A stretch of DNA of 64,000 nucleotides from Octopus sinensis (taxonomy: Eukaryota), in NCBI RefSeq assembly GCF_006345805.1, contig NC_043001.1, positions 13,888,001 to 13,952,000 of the forward strand, written 5' to 3'. Of the stretch, positions 51,016 to 63,977 are shown one piece after another. Numbering within the stretch: position 1 is the stretch's first letter; each line of letters begins with the position of its first letter. The notes below the pieces were generated by a model. The model searched no databases and was not told the origin of the DNA. It worked only from the letters and a program-made list of their open reading frames with translations. A program made the position numbers and the translations under genes.

Positions 51016-51599
51016 CATTGCTCTCTACGATCTCATCCATTCTTCATGCTTCAGTAGTGGGGTTAGTTTAAACGAGTGAGTCCCATGTTATACCGTAATT
51101 CTTACTTTGTATCACAGCCTCTCGTTCGCATTCACACCACTTACGTTTTATTTCGCATCAACACACTTTGCTAACATTGTAATGCACTCATTTACCGGCT
51201 CCCTAAAGCCTGCACTTATAGTGTTCCCGAACTAGCTTACTGCATTTATTTTAAAGATCCTTAATACTTTCGTCTTTTTTTCTACAGATTCTGCATTTTT
51301 ATGATCATCATCATTTTTGTTATTTGATGTGCAGTGACATATAGCTACTAAAACAGGATTTCAGCGATGTAATGTCATTCAACTTATAAAGTAGAATGGT
51401 AAAATAATTTAGGATAAGCTTTAATTCAGATACGAAGACATATGTAGTTGGTTTTCTGTTCGCCACTATTGCAAGTAACTCCTTCATGCTTTGAGATCAG
51501 CGTATTTATCCGTGTGTGCGTGTTTGTATGCGTATGAGCATATTATGAGTGTGTGAGCATCCTTAATATCTTGCATGTGTATTTGTAGCGACAAGTATA

Positions 51600-52640
<1,041 letters not shown>

Positions 52641-53383
52641 TACCTACACGCGCACATAGACATGTATGCTTCTAACTTTTCACTAAACGTTTCTTTTGAG
52701 ATTCTCAATGATATACGATTGCTTGCAAGTGACAGAAATCACTTGTTTGTTTTCAACAAAGCTTGGCATTTTACATTGTGCTGATGAAAGTGTACATATC
52801 TGCCTACACCGTGAGATTGGGTGTGAATCAAATACAAAATAGATACCAGTATTTATAAAACTTCACTTGATGGTTGATTCTTTATAGGGTTTACTCGGCA
52901 TTTCCTTACATCTTCCACAACCAACACCTTAGCATTTCAAAGTGTTTATATGTCATTTGTTAGATAGAAGAAAAAAAAACTGAAGTCACATGATGTATAC
53001 GGTTCAAGTATGGGATGGCGTACGGAGAGGAGAAAATGTGAGATAAAGAGTGAAGAATGTATCCGTCAAATGCTTATTCAGTTCACACTTTTGTTTAGAT
53101 TCTTGCCAATATATTCTATCGTTAATCTAGAAGTTCTAGATAAAATCTTTTTATTAAATACTCTAGAGCATCAAACTGTAGAGTTATAGATGGTTATAGA
53201 TTACTTAGCAATGATACCATGTCTATAAGAGATTAATAGGAAATTTTAGATATTACTTATCTTTGCGAATATCTAAACACGCTTTTTAATGAGGAATTTA
53301 TTGTTTTATTGTATGGGAAGAAGACGTTGTGGAATTGGTGCATTCCCAGAAGTGGGCTATGCTTTGACCAATTTATTATTTCC

Positions 53384-53965
53384 AGGAGGCACAATGGCCC
53401 AGTGGTTAGGGCAACGGACTCGCGGTCGGAGGATCGCGGTTTCGATTCCCAGACTGGGCGTTGTGTGTGTTTATTGGGCGAAAACAACTAAAAGCTCCAT
53501 GAGGCTCCAGCAGGGGGTGGTGGCGACCCCTGTTGTACTCTTTCGCCACGACTTTAAAGGAAGGCGGCGAGCTAGCAGAAACGTTAGCACGCCGGGCGAA
53601 ATGCGTAGCCGTATTTCGTCTGCGGTTACGTTCTGAGTTCAAATTCCGCCGAGGTCGACTTTGCCTTTCATTCTTTCGGGGTCGATAAATTAAGTACCAG
53701 TTGCGTACTGGATTGGATCTAATCGACTTAATCCGTTTGTCTGTCCTTGTTTGTCCTCGTTGTGTTTATCCCCTTGTGGGTAGTAAATAAATAGGCATTT
53801 CCTTCTGCCGTTACGTTCTGAGTTCAAATTACGCCGGAGTCGACTTTGCCTTTCATCCTTTTGGGGTCGATAAATTAATTACCATTTACGCACTGGGGTC
53901 GATATAATCGACTTAATCCGTTTTTCTGTCCTCTCTGTGTTTAGCCCCTTGTGGGTAGTAAAGAA
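53384..53965 (+). mobile_element. Truncated SINE A followed by a SINE C dimer
   Basis: Family A head 53384-53555; family C head from ~53561. Confidence 0.8.
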
Positions 53966-55066
53966 ATATATACTTTTATCAATTTATTATTTCCTTAATA
54001 CGCAAAGGATATGAGCTGCTCACATTGTTAGCGCCTCGGGCAGAATGTTTAGCGGTATTTCTTCTAATGTACGTTCGGAGTCAAAATGCCGTTCAGGTCA
54101 ACTTTACCTTTCGTTCATTTACGATCGTTAAAATAAAGTACCAGTCAAGCACTAGAAGTGTTGTAATGATTGACCTGCCTTGTCACTCGGCTCAAGACTG
54201 CTGGCTTGTGCCAAAATTTAAAACTATTCTTTTTTAATGGTCTAACCATATAATGCGGTCAGTTTTGCTTTTCATCTTTGCGGAATTATTGTGATTAGTA
54301 GCAGTCAAGTGCTTAGGTCAGTTAGATTAACTGCAGGTGAAATCAGTTCTATATCTCTAAACAAAAATTTGTAATAAATCCTTAATATACCTGTGAGTAC
54401 TGACGTCTATTAGTATTCCGCTATAATTCCTTCCGTGATAACCTCCAGCCAAAAATAATGATAAATATGTCATGTTACACTTGAATACAATATCGAACTG
54501 CTTATGACCTTTGACAGCACTTCATATTAATATAGAAAGATATAATATTGTAATTCATTTACTTGGAGCGGTGCAGGAACAAATTTTCGATGTGAATGGA
54601 GATTCATTCTATAAATGAATTCATTCTTTTCTTCAATATGAAGAGTAGTAACAATTTCAATATTGTTACATCTACTGGAGATCCAATTTCCTACGACAAA
54701 TACCATTTCACACTTTAAACCAAACCGCTCAGTTAGGAGGACGTAAACACACCAACACCGGCTGCCAAGCAGGGTGTTGGGAAAGAATACAAACACAAAG
54801 GATTACGCACAGGCATATATATATATGGAGAGAGGAATATGCCTGTGTATGTATGTATGTATGTATGTATATGTAGGGCTTTGTTCAGTTTCCTTCTATC
54901 ATATACACTCACAAGTTTTTAGTTGACTCGAGACTATAGCAAAATGCATCTGCTGAAGGTGCCACGCAGTGGGATTGAAAACGGAACCCTCTGGTTGGAA
55001 AGCAAACTTCTCACAATACAGTCATGCCTGCGCCTATATAATAGGCTTACATTATTTTCTTAACAA

Positions 55067-55432
55067 AGGGCGGCGAGCTGGCAGAATCGTTAACACGCCG
55101 GGCGAAATTCTTAGTGGTATTTCGTCTGTCTCCACGTTCTGAGTTCAAATTCCGCCGAGGTCGACTTTGCCTTTCATCCTTTCGGAGTCGATAAATTAAG
55201 TACCAGTTTCGAACTGGGGTCGATGTAATCGGCATAATCCGTTTGTCTGTCCTTGTTTGTCCTCTCTGTGTTTAGCCCCTTGTGGTTAGTAAAGAAATAG
55301 GTATTTCGTCTGCCGTTACGTTCTGAGTTCAAATTCCGCCGAGGTCGACTTTGCCTTTAATCGACATAATCCGTTTGTCTGTCATTGTTTGTCCTCTCTG
55401 TGTTTAGCCCCTTGTGGGCAATTAAGAAATAA
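55067..55432 (+). mobile_element. SINE family C dimer with 16-bp TSD
   Basis: TSD ATTATTTTCTTAACAA at 55051-55066 and 55433-55448. Confidence 0.9.
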
Positions 55433-55567
55433 ATTATTTTCTTAACAATACAAATATATAGTATATATATATATATATATATAAACTAGAATTTAGATAT
55501 TCCATTGTGAAGCCTTCGGCATATTGGAAGGAGTGAACTGCATAATAATGAGACTAAGTAAATGGGG

Positions 55568-55612
<45 letters not shown>

Positions 55613-55911
55613 GGAAGAAGAAAACGAAGATTGTGAAGTTTATTATCAACACAAATCGAACATCGAATGACACCATTCCTTCTAATCGAAATTTACATAT
55701 ATCGTGACACTCCGTCGGTTACGACGACAACGACGAGGGTTCCAGTTGATCCGATCACGGAAAAGCCTACTCATGAAATTTACGTGCAAGTGGCTGAGCA
55801 CACCACACACACACGTTGATCCTTAACGTAGTTCTCGGGGAGATTCAGCGTGTCACAGTTTGACAAGGCTGTGAGTGGATTTGGTAGACAGAAACTGAAA
55901 GAAGCCCGTCG

Positions 55912-55944
<33 letters not shown>

Positions 55945-56214
55945 GTATATATATATATGCGTGTGCGTATGTTTGTGTGTCTGTGTTTGTCCCCACACAC
56001 CGTCGCTTGACAACCGATGCTGGTGTGCTTACGTCCCCGTAACATAGCGGTTCGGCAAAGAGACCGGCTTACAAAGAATAAGTTCTATGGTCGATTTGTT
56101 CGACTAAAGGCGGTGCTCCAGCATGGCCACAATCAAATACTGAAACAAGTAAAAGAGTATATATATATATATATATATAAATATAAGGGTCTGTGTGATT
56201 GTGTATAGAAGAAT

Positions 56215-56446
56215 ATATTAATAAAAGGAATTCCAAACTTGTCTGATTTTCACAGAAGCATGACTGTCACCACTACCACATGAACCTGAAGATTGCAGAA
56301 TTTAATGCATGAAAGTACTAGTTCAATCAGAATAAACATTTAACATTCTATTATTTTATCTTATTTTATTATATTATATTATACTATCTTACATCATAAG
56401 ATTGTAAATAAAACGTGAAAATCAGACAAGGTTGGAATTCCTTTTA

Positions 56447-56453
<7 letters not shown>
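56215..56453. mobile_element. 239-bp cassette with 39-bp terminal inverted repeats enclosing a hammerhead motif
   Basis: 56215-56253 and 56415-56453 are reverse complements with 1 mismatch. Confidence 0.75.
56281..56325 (+). ncRNA. Minimal type I hammerhead ribozyme-like motif
   Basis: Stem I TGAAC/GTTCA; CTGAAGA; T-TGCA-gaatttaa-TGCA-T; GAAA; palindromic stem III AGTACT; H17=A. Confidence 0.7.
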
Positions 56454-56498
<45 letters not shown>

Positions 56499-56502
<4 letters not shown>

Positions 56503-56725
56503 TGGTGCATAATTATTGCGCTCCCCCCAACACATCTTATTCAACAATAACAAGATATAACAAAAACATCTTGAAATGATTATTCCGGAGCATATTCACC
56601 ATCTACTTCAATTACTGCTTCCTGTTTGCTTGGCAGACGGTCAGACCGCCATTTAAAGATGGTTTTTGTTAAATATTGTTATTGTTTTTGTCGAAAAAAA
56701 AGCGGCAATAATCAAGCACCAACCC
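56499..56725. mobile_element. Mariner-type MITE
   Basis: TIRs GGGTTGGTGCATAATTATTGCG and GCAATAATCAAGCACCAACCC, TA flanks. Confidence 0.85.
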
Positions 56726-56729
56726 TATA

Positions 56730-57140
56730 TCTCTTTACTCTCTCTTACTCTTTTACTTGTTTCAGTCATTTTGACTGCGGCCATGCTGGAACACCGCCTT
56801 TAGTCGACCAAATCGACCGCGGGACTTATTCTTTGTAAGCCCAGTACTTATTCTATCGGTCTCTTTTGCCGAACCGCTAGGTATCGAGGACGTAAACACA
56901 CCAGCATCGGTTGTCAAGCAATGCTAGAGGGACAAACACAGACACACAAACATATACATATACATACATATATACGACAGGCTTCTTTCAGTTTCCGTCT
57001 ACCAAATCCACTCACAAGGCATTGGTCGGCCCGGGGCTATAGCAGAAGACACTTGCCCAAGATGCCACGCAGTGGGACTGAACCCGGAACCATGTGGTTG
57101 GTTAGCAAGCTACCTACCACACAGCCACTCCTGCGCCTAT
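56730..57140 (-). mobile_element. SINE family B, full length
   Basis: Reverse complement of the family B consensus. Confidence 0.9.
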
Positions 57141-57229
57141 ATATATTATATATATATATAATATATTATTAAGTTACCTCTACTTTGCCCATGTTGACTG
57201 ATCTAACTTGATAGTGATATGTTGGTCCT

Positions 57230-57466
57230 TATTAAGGCGGCGAGCTGGCAGAAACGTTAGCACGCCGGGCGAAATGCGTAGCCGTAATTCGTCTGCCGTT
57301 ACGTTTTGAGTTCAAATTCCGCCAAGGTCCACTTTGCCTTTCATCCTTTCGTGGTCGATTAAATAAGTACCAGTTACGCACTGGGGTCGATATAATCGAC
57401 TTAATCCGTTTGTCTGTCCTTGTTTGTCCCCTCTGTGTTTAGCCCCTTGTGGGTAGTAAAGAAATA
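57230..57466 (+). mobile_element. SINE family C monomer with 14-bp TSD
   Basis: TSD GATATGTTGGTCCT at 57216 and 57467. Confidence 0.9.
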
Positions 57467-57479
57467 GATATGTTGGTCC

Positions 57480-58880
57480 TGAATAGAGATACAGTACTTA
57501 AATATTCAAGATGTATTCCCGAAAACGATCGCTCGGTGATTATATTTTCCATTCAGCGTATTTTGGTTAATTATTCCTATTCTTGCATTATTTAATCACA
57601 GTGTTTCTCGTTTCTTCTTACTTCGTAATTTTAGTTTTAATGAATTGTTCTTAATTTCCCTTAATTATTCACCAGTCTGAATATTATTATTTTTCTGTAC
57701 GCAGTTATCTATTGCCATGTTCTGTGAGTGTTTTTCGGATTTATTTCTGATAATTTTTTTTTTTTAAGTTTTCCTTCGATTCTTGGTCTGTGTCAAATCC
57801 CCTCCTTGTTACGAATTTTTTTAGCTACAATCTAAAATTCTTATATTTTCTATTCATCTTTGGTTATCTTATATAATCATCATTTTCCTACGTAAGCTAG
57901 TTATTAATTATTATAATCTACAGATCCTTTTCCTTCGTATTCTTACCTTTCTTCTTCGATTTTTGCTGAATTCCTAAGTCTTCACCATTGTATATTTTAT
58001 AGCTTTGCCAGGTTTGTTTTTTATGATTTTTCATTCTACACATTTGGTTATATAACCGATTTCTTTTATTTCTAATTTCTTCATCTACGGTTATATAATC
58101 CTTTGTTTATCTTCGTTGACAACAGTTACGTTTATCTAATTGCTGGGTATCGTTATGTTCTTTCAAGTTTGCTCTGATTATCATTTTCTTTTGTTATATT
58201 ACGCTGGTGTCATCGTTTTTCATCCTTGATATTTCTGTATCGACATGTTGGGTTCTTTAGCTTTATACATTATATTTTTTTAATAATATCATGTTTTTAT
58301 CAAGGTTTATATTCCCGGTTGTTTAAATTTATTGTTTATCGAGTATTTATACTTTTGCTATATACAAAGATTTACATCTGTGATTACGTTCTTAGTTATA
58401 CCTCCATGTTTGTAATCCTGGTTCGTCATGTTAGCTTCTATTTTTTGCTTTCATATTTAAATTTCTTCACAACCCATTTTTCCATCTTTTTTTATTGTAT
58501 ATGCTAACAATTTTGCTATTGTCATTGTTCATCATTAAAAGCTGCAAACTTGTCCTTGCGTGCCCTCTGTCGTTATGTTCATATTTCCTAGTATTTCATT
58601 GCCTTCTAGCTTGGCTATCATTCAAATTGATAGTTCATTTCTTTACTTTATCTTCCTGTACAATCTACGGTTTTATTTTGACATCTTTACATACACAGAC
58701 ACACTCACACACACACATCATATCATATCATATCGCAGGCATATTTCTCATTCAATATTTATGTCTTCAACTTTTGTTATATAGTTGTCTTTTATTTGTT
58801 TACATTTCTCGTTTCCCATCATTTTTGAATAATGTGATCGTCATTTTTTTTCTTTTATTGTCAGTTATTTATCGTTGGTA
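57480..58880 (-). mobile_element. Probable highly degraded LINE (A-rich minus strand)
   Basis: 1.4 kb of strong strand asymmetry with short Lys/Asn-rich frames; no intact motif. Confidence 0.3.
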
Positions 58881-59034
58881 ATATAACATGTTATTCAAAA
58901 GTGGTCAGTGACCTCAAATACTTTAGGCCCTATGTCTTCAGATAGTAAATAAGACTTCCTGCAACAAACGTCAAGACATTTCAAAGCCAGTGAAGCATTT
59001 CAAAATGAACAAGACTGAATTTTTTTTAGGGCAT

Positions 59035-59850
59035 TATTATTATTATCATGGCCGGGTTCTAACTCGGGCTGCAACCACAAAGTCCTCCTGGCATACTTTT
59101 CAGTTCATTATCACTGCCTCGATGAATGCTGGATACATTCCAGGCCAGTGTTTGTAAGCAGGTTGTCAATGTAAGTGTGACGACATCTTCCTCTTCTTGT
59201 ATCACCACGAAGTAGATTTCACAAGACTCATTTGGATTCTTCCAGCTCGGAGTGCCGCACACTGTGACCAGATAGTTGCAGCCGTCTTTGAGTCTTTCGA
59301 GGCATGTGAAGAATGTATTATTCTCTTTGAGCTGAAACATGGACCCGCAGGTAAGGAACATCAAGTTCGCTTTGATGGTACGTAGCCCAAACTGAAGGCG
59401 GCGAGCTGGCAGAAACGTTAGCACGCTGGGCGAAATGCTTAGCGGTATTTCGTCTGCCGCTACGTTCTGAGTTCAAATTCCGCCGAGGTCCACTTTGCCT
59501 TTCATCCTTTCGGGGTCGATTAAATAAGTACCAGTTACGCACTGGGGTCGATATGATCGACTTAAACCGTTTGTCTGTCCTTGTTTGTCCCCTCTGTGTT
59601 TAGCCCCTTGTGGGTAATAATGAAATAGGTATTTCGTCTGCCGCTACGTTCTGAGTTCAAATTCCGCCGAGGTCCACTTTGCCTTTCATCCTTTCGGGGT
59701 CGATTAAATAAGTACCAGTTACGCACTGGGGTCGATATGATCGACTTAAACCGTTTGTCTGTCCTTGTTTGTCCTCTCTGTGTTTAGCCCCTTGTGGGTA
59801 GTAAAGAAATAGGTACGTAGCCCAAACTTTTTCTTGATGGGTCAAATCAT
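59035..59850 (-). mobile_element. RTE-clade LINE 3' fragment, interrupted by a SINE C dimer
   Basis: RRLQLSGHSVRHSELEE...DTRRGRCRHTYIDNLLTNTGLE; (TAA)n tail near 59035. Confidence 0.75.
59394..59811 (+). mobile_element. SINE family C dimer with 17-bp TSD
   Basis: TSD GGTACGTAGCCCAAACT at 59377-59393 and 59812-59828. Confidence 0.92.
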
Positions 59851-60010
59851 ATGAGGATGTGAACACACACACACAAAACGCAAAGAAAATTTATGGATAA
59901 TTTTATCCATCTCTGCGAAAGAGAAAAACGACTCAACTCTGTTGATGTTATTGTCAAATTTAGACGAATATGAAATTGAGAAAGTGTCAACGCTAATCAA
60001 GAGCACTTAC

Positions 60011-60088
60011 CTGAATCATCGTCGCATAACACACTTAGAATACAGCCGCCCGTAAAAGATGTAGTAGTAGGAGGGGCAGCAGCAGCAG
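60011..60088 (-). other. Candidate exon (coding or 5' UTR) with consensus donor
   Basis: GATTCAG|GTAAGT donor at 60010; optional acceptor cttgaacag| gives a 78-nt phase-symmetric exon (AAAAPPTTTSFTGGCILSVLCDDDS). Confidence 0.3.
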
Positions 60089-60220
60089 CTGTTCAAGAGT
60101 TTGGAACTGGAGATCTCCATTTCCAGCGACTTCGAGGATCACCTCCCAGTGGTATCGGGCGTCAACGAAGAGCCCTCAACTACAAGACGACCAAAGTTTT
60201 TTTTCCAAGGTCTGGGGTCT

Positions 60221-60228
60221 CCCGCCCC
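60221..60228 (-). promoter_or_regulatory. GC box in a GC-rich unique island upstream of the candidate exon
   Basis: GGGGCGGG on the minus strand; motif match only. Confidence 0.2.
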
Positions 60229-60299
60229 TCAGCCCTAGACCATCACCTAATCACCCTTACCCGTCTTGTTGCTTAACAACAACAACAGCACCAGCAGAA

Positions 60300-60615
60300 G
60301 GTAAGGCATCAGCAGCAGTAGGAGGAGGAGGAGCAGCAAAAATAATAGCTGTAGTAGTTGTAGCAGCAGTAGTAGTTGTAGTAGTAGCAATAGTAGCAGC
60401 AGTAGTAGTAGTAGTAGTAGTAGTAGCAGCAGCAGCAGTACTAGTTGTAGTAGCAGCAGCAGCAGTAGTTGTAGTAGCAACAGCAGCAGTAGTCGTAGTA
60501 GCAGCAGCAGTAGTAGTTGTAGTAGCAGCAGCAGTAGTAGTAGTAGTAGTAGCAACAGCAGCAGTAGTCGTAATTGCAGTTTTAGTAGTAGTAGTTTTAG
60601 TAGTAGTAGTAGTTC
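60300..60615. repeat. (TAG/CAG)n trinucleotide array
   Basis: Direct reading. Confidence 0.9.
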
Positions 60616-60949
60616 AGCTCTGCTTGTAATCACGTGTGTTCCTCTTTATCAAAAGACTATTTGTCATCTCGTTTCATCATTGACGTCGCTATTCATCGTC
60701 TGCCATGTCTTATTTCCGGTTATGGCCATCATTTCCCCTCTTAATTAGAGCCTTTCTGTCTTTCTTTCCCCCATTTTGCCTATTTATTCTTGGTTGCATT
60801 ATGGAACCTTCCTTCTTAATTCCATTCTTCTTCGTTCATTGTTATTTCATATTCTTGGGTCTTCAACGTTGATCAAAAGAATCCCTCCTTCATACGTTGT
60901 CAGTTTCTAATCCATCATATCTGTTCATATCTCTGGATGTTGTTAGCCA

Positions 60950-61420
60950 TTTCTTCTTCTTCTTCTCATCACCTTCTCCTCGTCCTCCTCCTTCTTCATC
61001 TTCTGCTCCTTCCTTTTCTTCTCATTCTCCTCATCCTCCACCTTCTTCTTCATCTTGTTCTTCTGCTCCTTCTTCTCCTTATTCTTCACGCTCTTATTTT
61101 TCTTCTCCCACTCCTCCTTATTCTCCATCTGCTCTTCCTCCTCCTCCACCTCATTCTTCTTCTCCCCTCCTCTCCTACTTCTGTTCCTCTCTCTGCTCTT
61201 CCTCATCCTCTCCGTCCTCATTCTTCTTGTTCTTCTCTTCCTCTTCTTCTCCCATCCTCTTTCTCTTCTTTCCCTACTTCTTGTTCTACTGCTTCCTCTT
61301 CTTCTCTTTCTCCTTCTCCTACCCTTCTTCCTCATTCTTCTCATTCTACTTCTCCTCTTCCTCATTCTTGTCCTTCTTCTTCCTCTCTTCCTCCTTCTTT
61401 GTATTTTTCATATTCTTCTT
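60950..61420. repeat. (CTT/CCT)n polypyrimidine low-complexity tract
   Basis: Direct reading. Confidence 0.9.
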
Positions 61421-61634
61421 TCTCTTTATTGATATCCTCTTTTTTTTTCAGTTCCTGTATCCTGTCTTCATATTTCTTCCAATACTTGACTCTCCAATCT
61501 TAACATTACGCATGCAAATGGAAACTTTCTTCAATTTGTTCCGCATAATTTATTTGCCGGCATAATAGTTTATGGTGTCACAATTAAACCTAAAATTCTG
61601 TATTATTTTTTATGCATATTTTCTACTCTATATA

Positions 61635-61830
61635 CGAGCTGAGTAAAAGAAAAACCAGGAGGATCAGATAATCATGATTTTGTTCAACATATTTCCCTCT
61701 CAGATTCACACATTTATTGCAGCGGTCCTTCAGTTTTTCTGAGCCCTGTGAAAGAACTCGGAAATTTGGACTTCCAACCAGGCCTTTCGTAATACACCCT
61801 TAGAGTCAAGAACTTTTCAACACCCCATCG
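61635..61830 (-). mobile_element. Mariner-derived MITE (same family as 375-568)
   Basis: TTCAACATATTTCCCTCTCAGATTCACAC internal motif; right TIR GAACTTTTCAACACCCCATCG|TA. Confidence 0.7.
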
Positions 61831-62013
61831 TATACTTCTGTGTTTTTTCTTTTTTTTTTTGTTCTTTTCGATGTTCCTCGCATTTTGATTATACTCTTGA
61901 CTCTCGGCATTGGTAAATTTACTGTTTCTTTTTATTTTGTATTTGGTTTCTGGCAAAACATTTTCTACATTATTTACATTCGACGGATATTTGTCCTCAT
62001 CTTGTTTGTTGTT

Positions 62014-62059
62014 AACACAACGTTTCGGCTGATATACCCGCTAGCCTTCTTCAGGTGTC
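62014..62059 (-). ncRNA. Minimal type I hammerhead (minus arm)
   Basis: GACAC-CTGAAGA-A-GGCT(a)...(c)AGCC-GAAA-C-GT-T-GTGTT. Confidence 0.7.
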
Positions 62060-62138
62060 TTGGAGAAATTTCGAACCTGGGTCCTCATTCCTAAGGCATT
62101 TTTCGATGAATGAGAACCAAGGTTCGAATTTTCCCCTA

Positions 62139-62184
62139 GACACCTGAAGAAGGCTGGAGGGTATATCAGCCGAAACGTTGTGTT
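62139..62184 (+). ncRNA. Minimal type I hammerhead (plus arm), canonical core
   Basis: Stem I GACAC/GTGTT; CTGAAGA plus extra A; stem II GGCTG/CAGCC; GAAA; loopless palindromic ACGT stem III; triplet GUU. Confidence 0.78.
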
Positions 62185-62672
62185 AACAACAAACAAGATG
62201 AGGACAAATATCCGTCGAATGTAAATAATGTACATAATTCCTCATCTCTTAAATATAGAACTGTAAAACATTTTCTGTTCTGATGAAGAGAAATAACCCG
62301 GAAATTGCGATACACAGATATTGTTTTGAGCTGAATTGGGGCGCTAGATTCCCTTGTTCGAAAATATAAGGACACAGATTGTGTCGTATAGCCAGCTGGA
62401 GACAATGTCCCCTGGGGCTAAATTACAGCAACATTCGTCCTAAACTAGGACTGCCATGTTATGTTGGCAAACAATCTTTACTGCAAAACATTTTCTGCCA
62501 ATGAATACCTTTCAAAATATACTCAGCCTAGTTTTTTGAATCCTGAAATTTTTCGATTTTAACCCATTGAGTTTAACATATCAGACTAACCATTTTTCAT
62601 AAAGTGAACAAATTCGATCAAAATTCGATCGTTATTTAGGTCTTTGACTATCAGTTGAACACTCCATTTTTA

Positions 62673-62718
<46 letters not shown>

Positions 62719-63222
62719 TGCTTGTTTGTAAAGAAACTGTTCTTCACCTTTTGTTTCTGGCTCAAAGAGTTTGTCTGACTCAAAGGCGAGTATCCTCATA
62801 ACATCGCCTTTTCAATTTTGTTTTGTCACTTTCCGGCCCATAAATCAATTACCAACTCTCCAGTCGTTGCAACACCATTTCAGACAAATTGCTTTGTTGT
62901 TTTTTTATTTTGGTTTTTCGTTTTGTTTCTCCGGATTGAATATATTCGAGCAGTCGTTTATGATCTGTGAAAATCGTAGACGTCTTTCCAAATAAATATT
63001 TTGTCAGAAAATGTGACAGCGTTAGATAAGGCTTTCTTTTCTATTCTAGAATATATTTTCTCATCTTTTGTCCAAAGTTTTGGTATAAATAAAATAGTTT
63101 CAAATCCATTTTCCAATCTGTGACTAAGAACTACCCCGCGTCCAGCTTCATGCATTACTTGTAATAAACACTGGCAATATTTTATCAAAATCAGCTGAAA
63201 TAATTTTCTCAGTCAATATTTG

Positions 63223-63638
63223 GGATGTTTTCGGTTTGAACGGCAGTTTTTCCTAGCGGTGTCATATGAAATTGTCACCCATAATTATGACCCTAGAATC
63301 GATCTATTGCATTTCAATCTGTTTTAGGGTTAGTTAAGGGTGGGGGAAGGGTATCTTTTTTTTCTTCACAAATGTAAATAAACTCAATCTGTTTCTTAAA
63401 CGAGGGACATATTCATACGGCACAGAATGTTTTTTACCACAACAGACGTCATTGATTGGTTGAAATTGAAGAAATTGAAGAAAACAAAACAACAAATATC
63501 TTACAAACTATAGCATTTTCTCAATAAAGCCAAGAGAAAAAGATGCTTTATAAACACATTCTACCAGTATACGAAGTTAAAATTTTTTTAGTTACCTAGA
63601 AATTATGTTAAAAACTGCCGTTCAAACCGAAAAGATCC
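63223..63638. mobile_element. 416-bp MITE with 8-bp TSD (Merlin-like)
   Basis: TIR GGAT(G/C)TTTTCGGTTTGAACGGCAGTTTTT at both ends; TSD AATATTTG at 63215-63222 and 63639-63646; a GG start with an 8-bp TSD fits Merlin better than hAT. Confidence 0.75.
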
Positions 63639-63977
63639 AATATTTGCCTCGATCATTTGAAAGTGTTGTTGCATTCAACTGACCAGTTAAATTTCGCTTC
63701 TGCTTTCCCAGAATACTTTTATGCGCCACAAATTGTTGGCATTTCTTCCAAACAAAATATTTGCAAAGAAATTGATTTTCGTCTCTAAAATATTTTTGAT
63801 TCTTCAAAAATTCCTCGAATCATTTTCATTCGGATTTTACACCAGAAGAATGCTGTCCAACATGGCATCAGGTTTGAAAAGATATAACACTTAAGGAGCT
63901 ATATTTCATGAAAGCAACTTAATAACATGTGCATTCAGAAAAAAATGCTAACCTGTGTGTTAGCTATGATTCTGCCA

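Larger units (their letters stand above)
61967..62264. mobile_element. PLE pseudo-LTR fold-back insertion with 12-bp TSD
   Basis: Arms 61966-62090 and 62108-62232; TSD AAAACATTTTCT at 61955-61966 and 62265-62276. Confidence 0.85.

Noticed and set aside
57947-58050. Strong minus-strand donor AAG|GTAAGA
   Set aside because: Lies within an A-rich probable LINE remnant and has no matching acceptor
60247-61565. Poly-Leu, poly-Ser and Arg/Lys-rich ORFs
   Set aside because: Translations of trinucleotide and polypyrimidine repeats; no domain or splice support
62279-62310. CTGATGAAGAG...GGAAAT motif next to the fold-back, and a half motif at ~46040-46065
   Set aside because: Stem II unpaired or 5' core missing; at most decayed remnants
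63320-63345. Telomere-like TTAGGG
   Set aside because: Single degenerate occurrence inside a MITE
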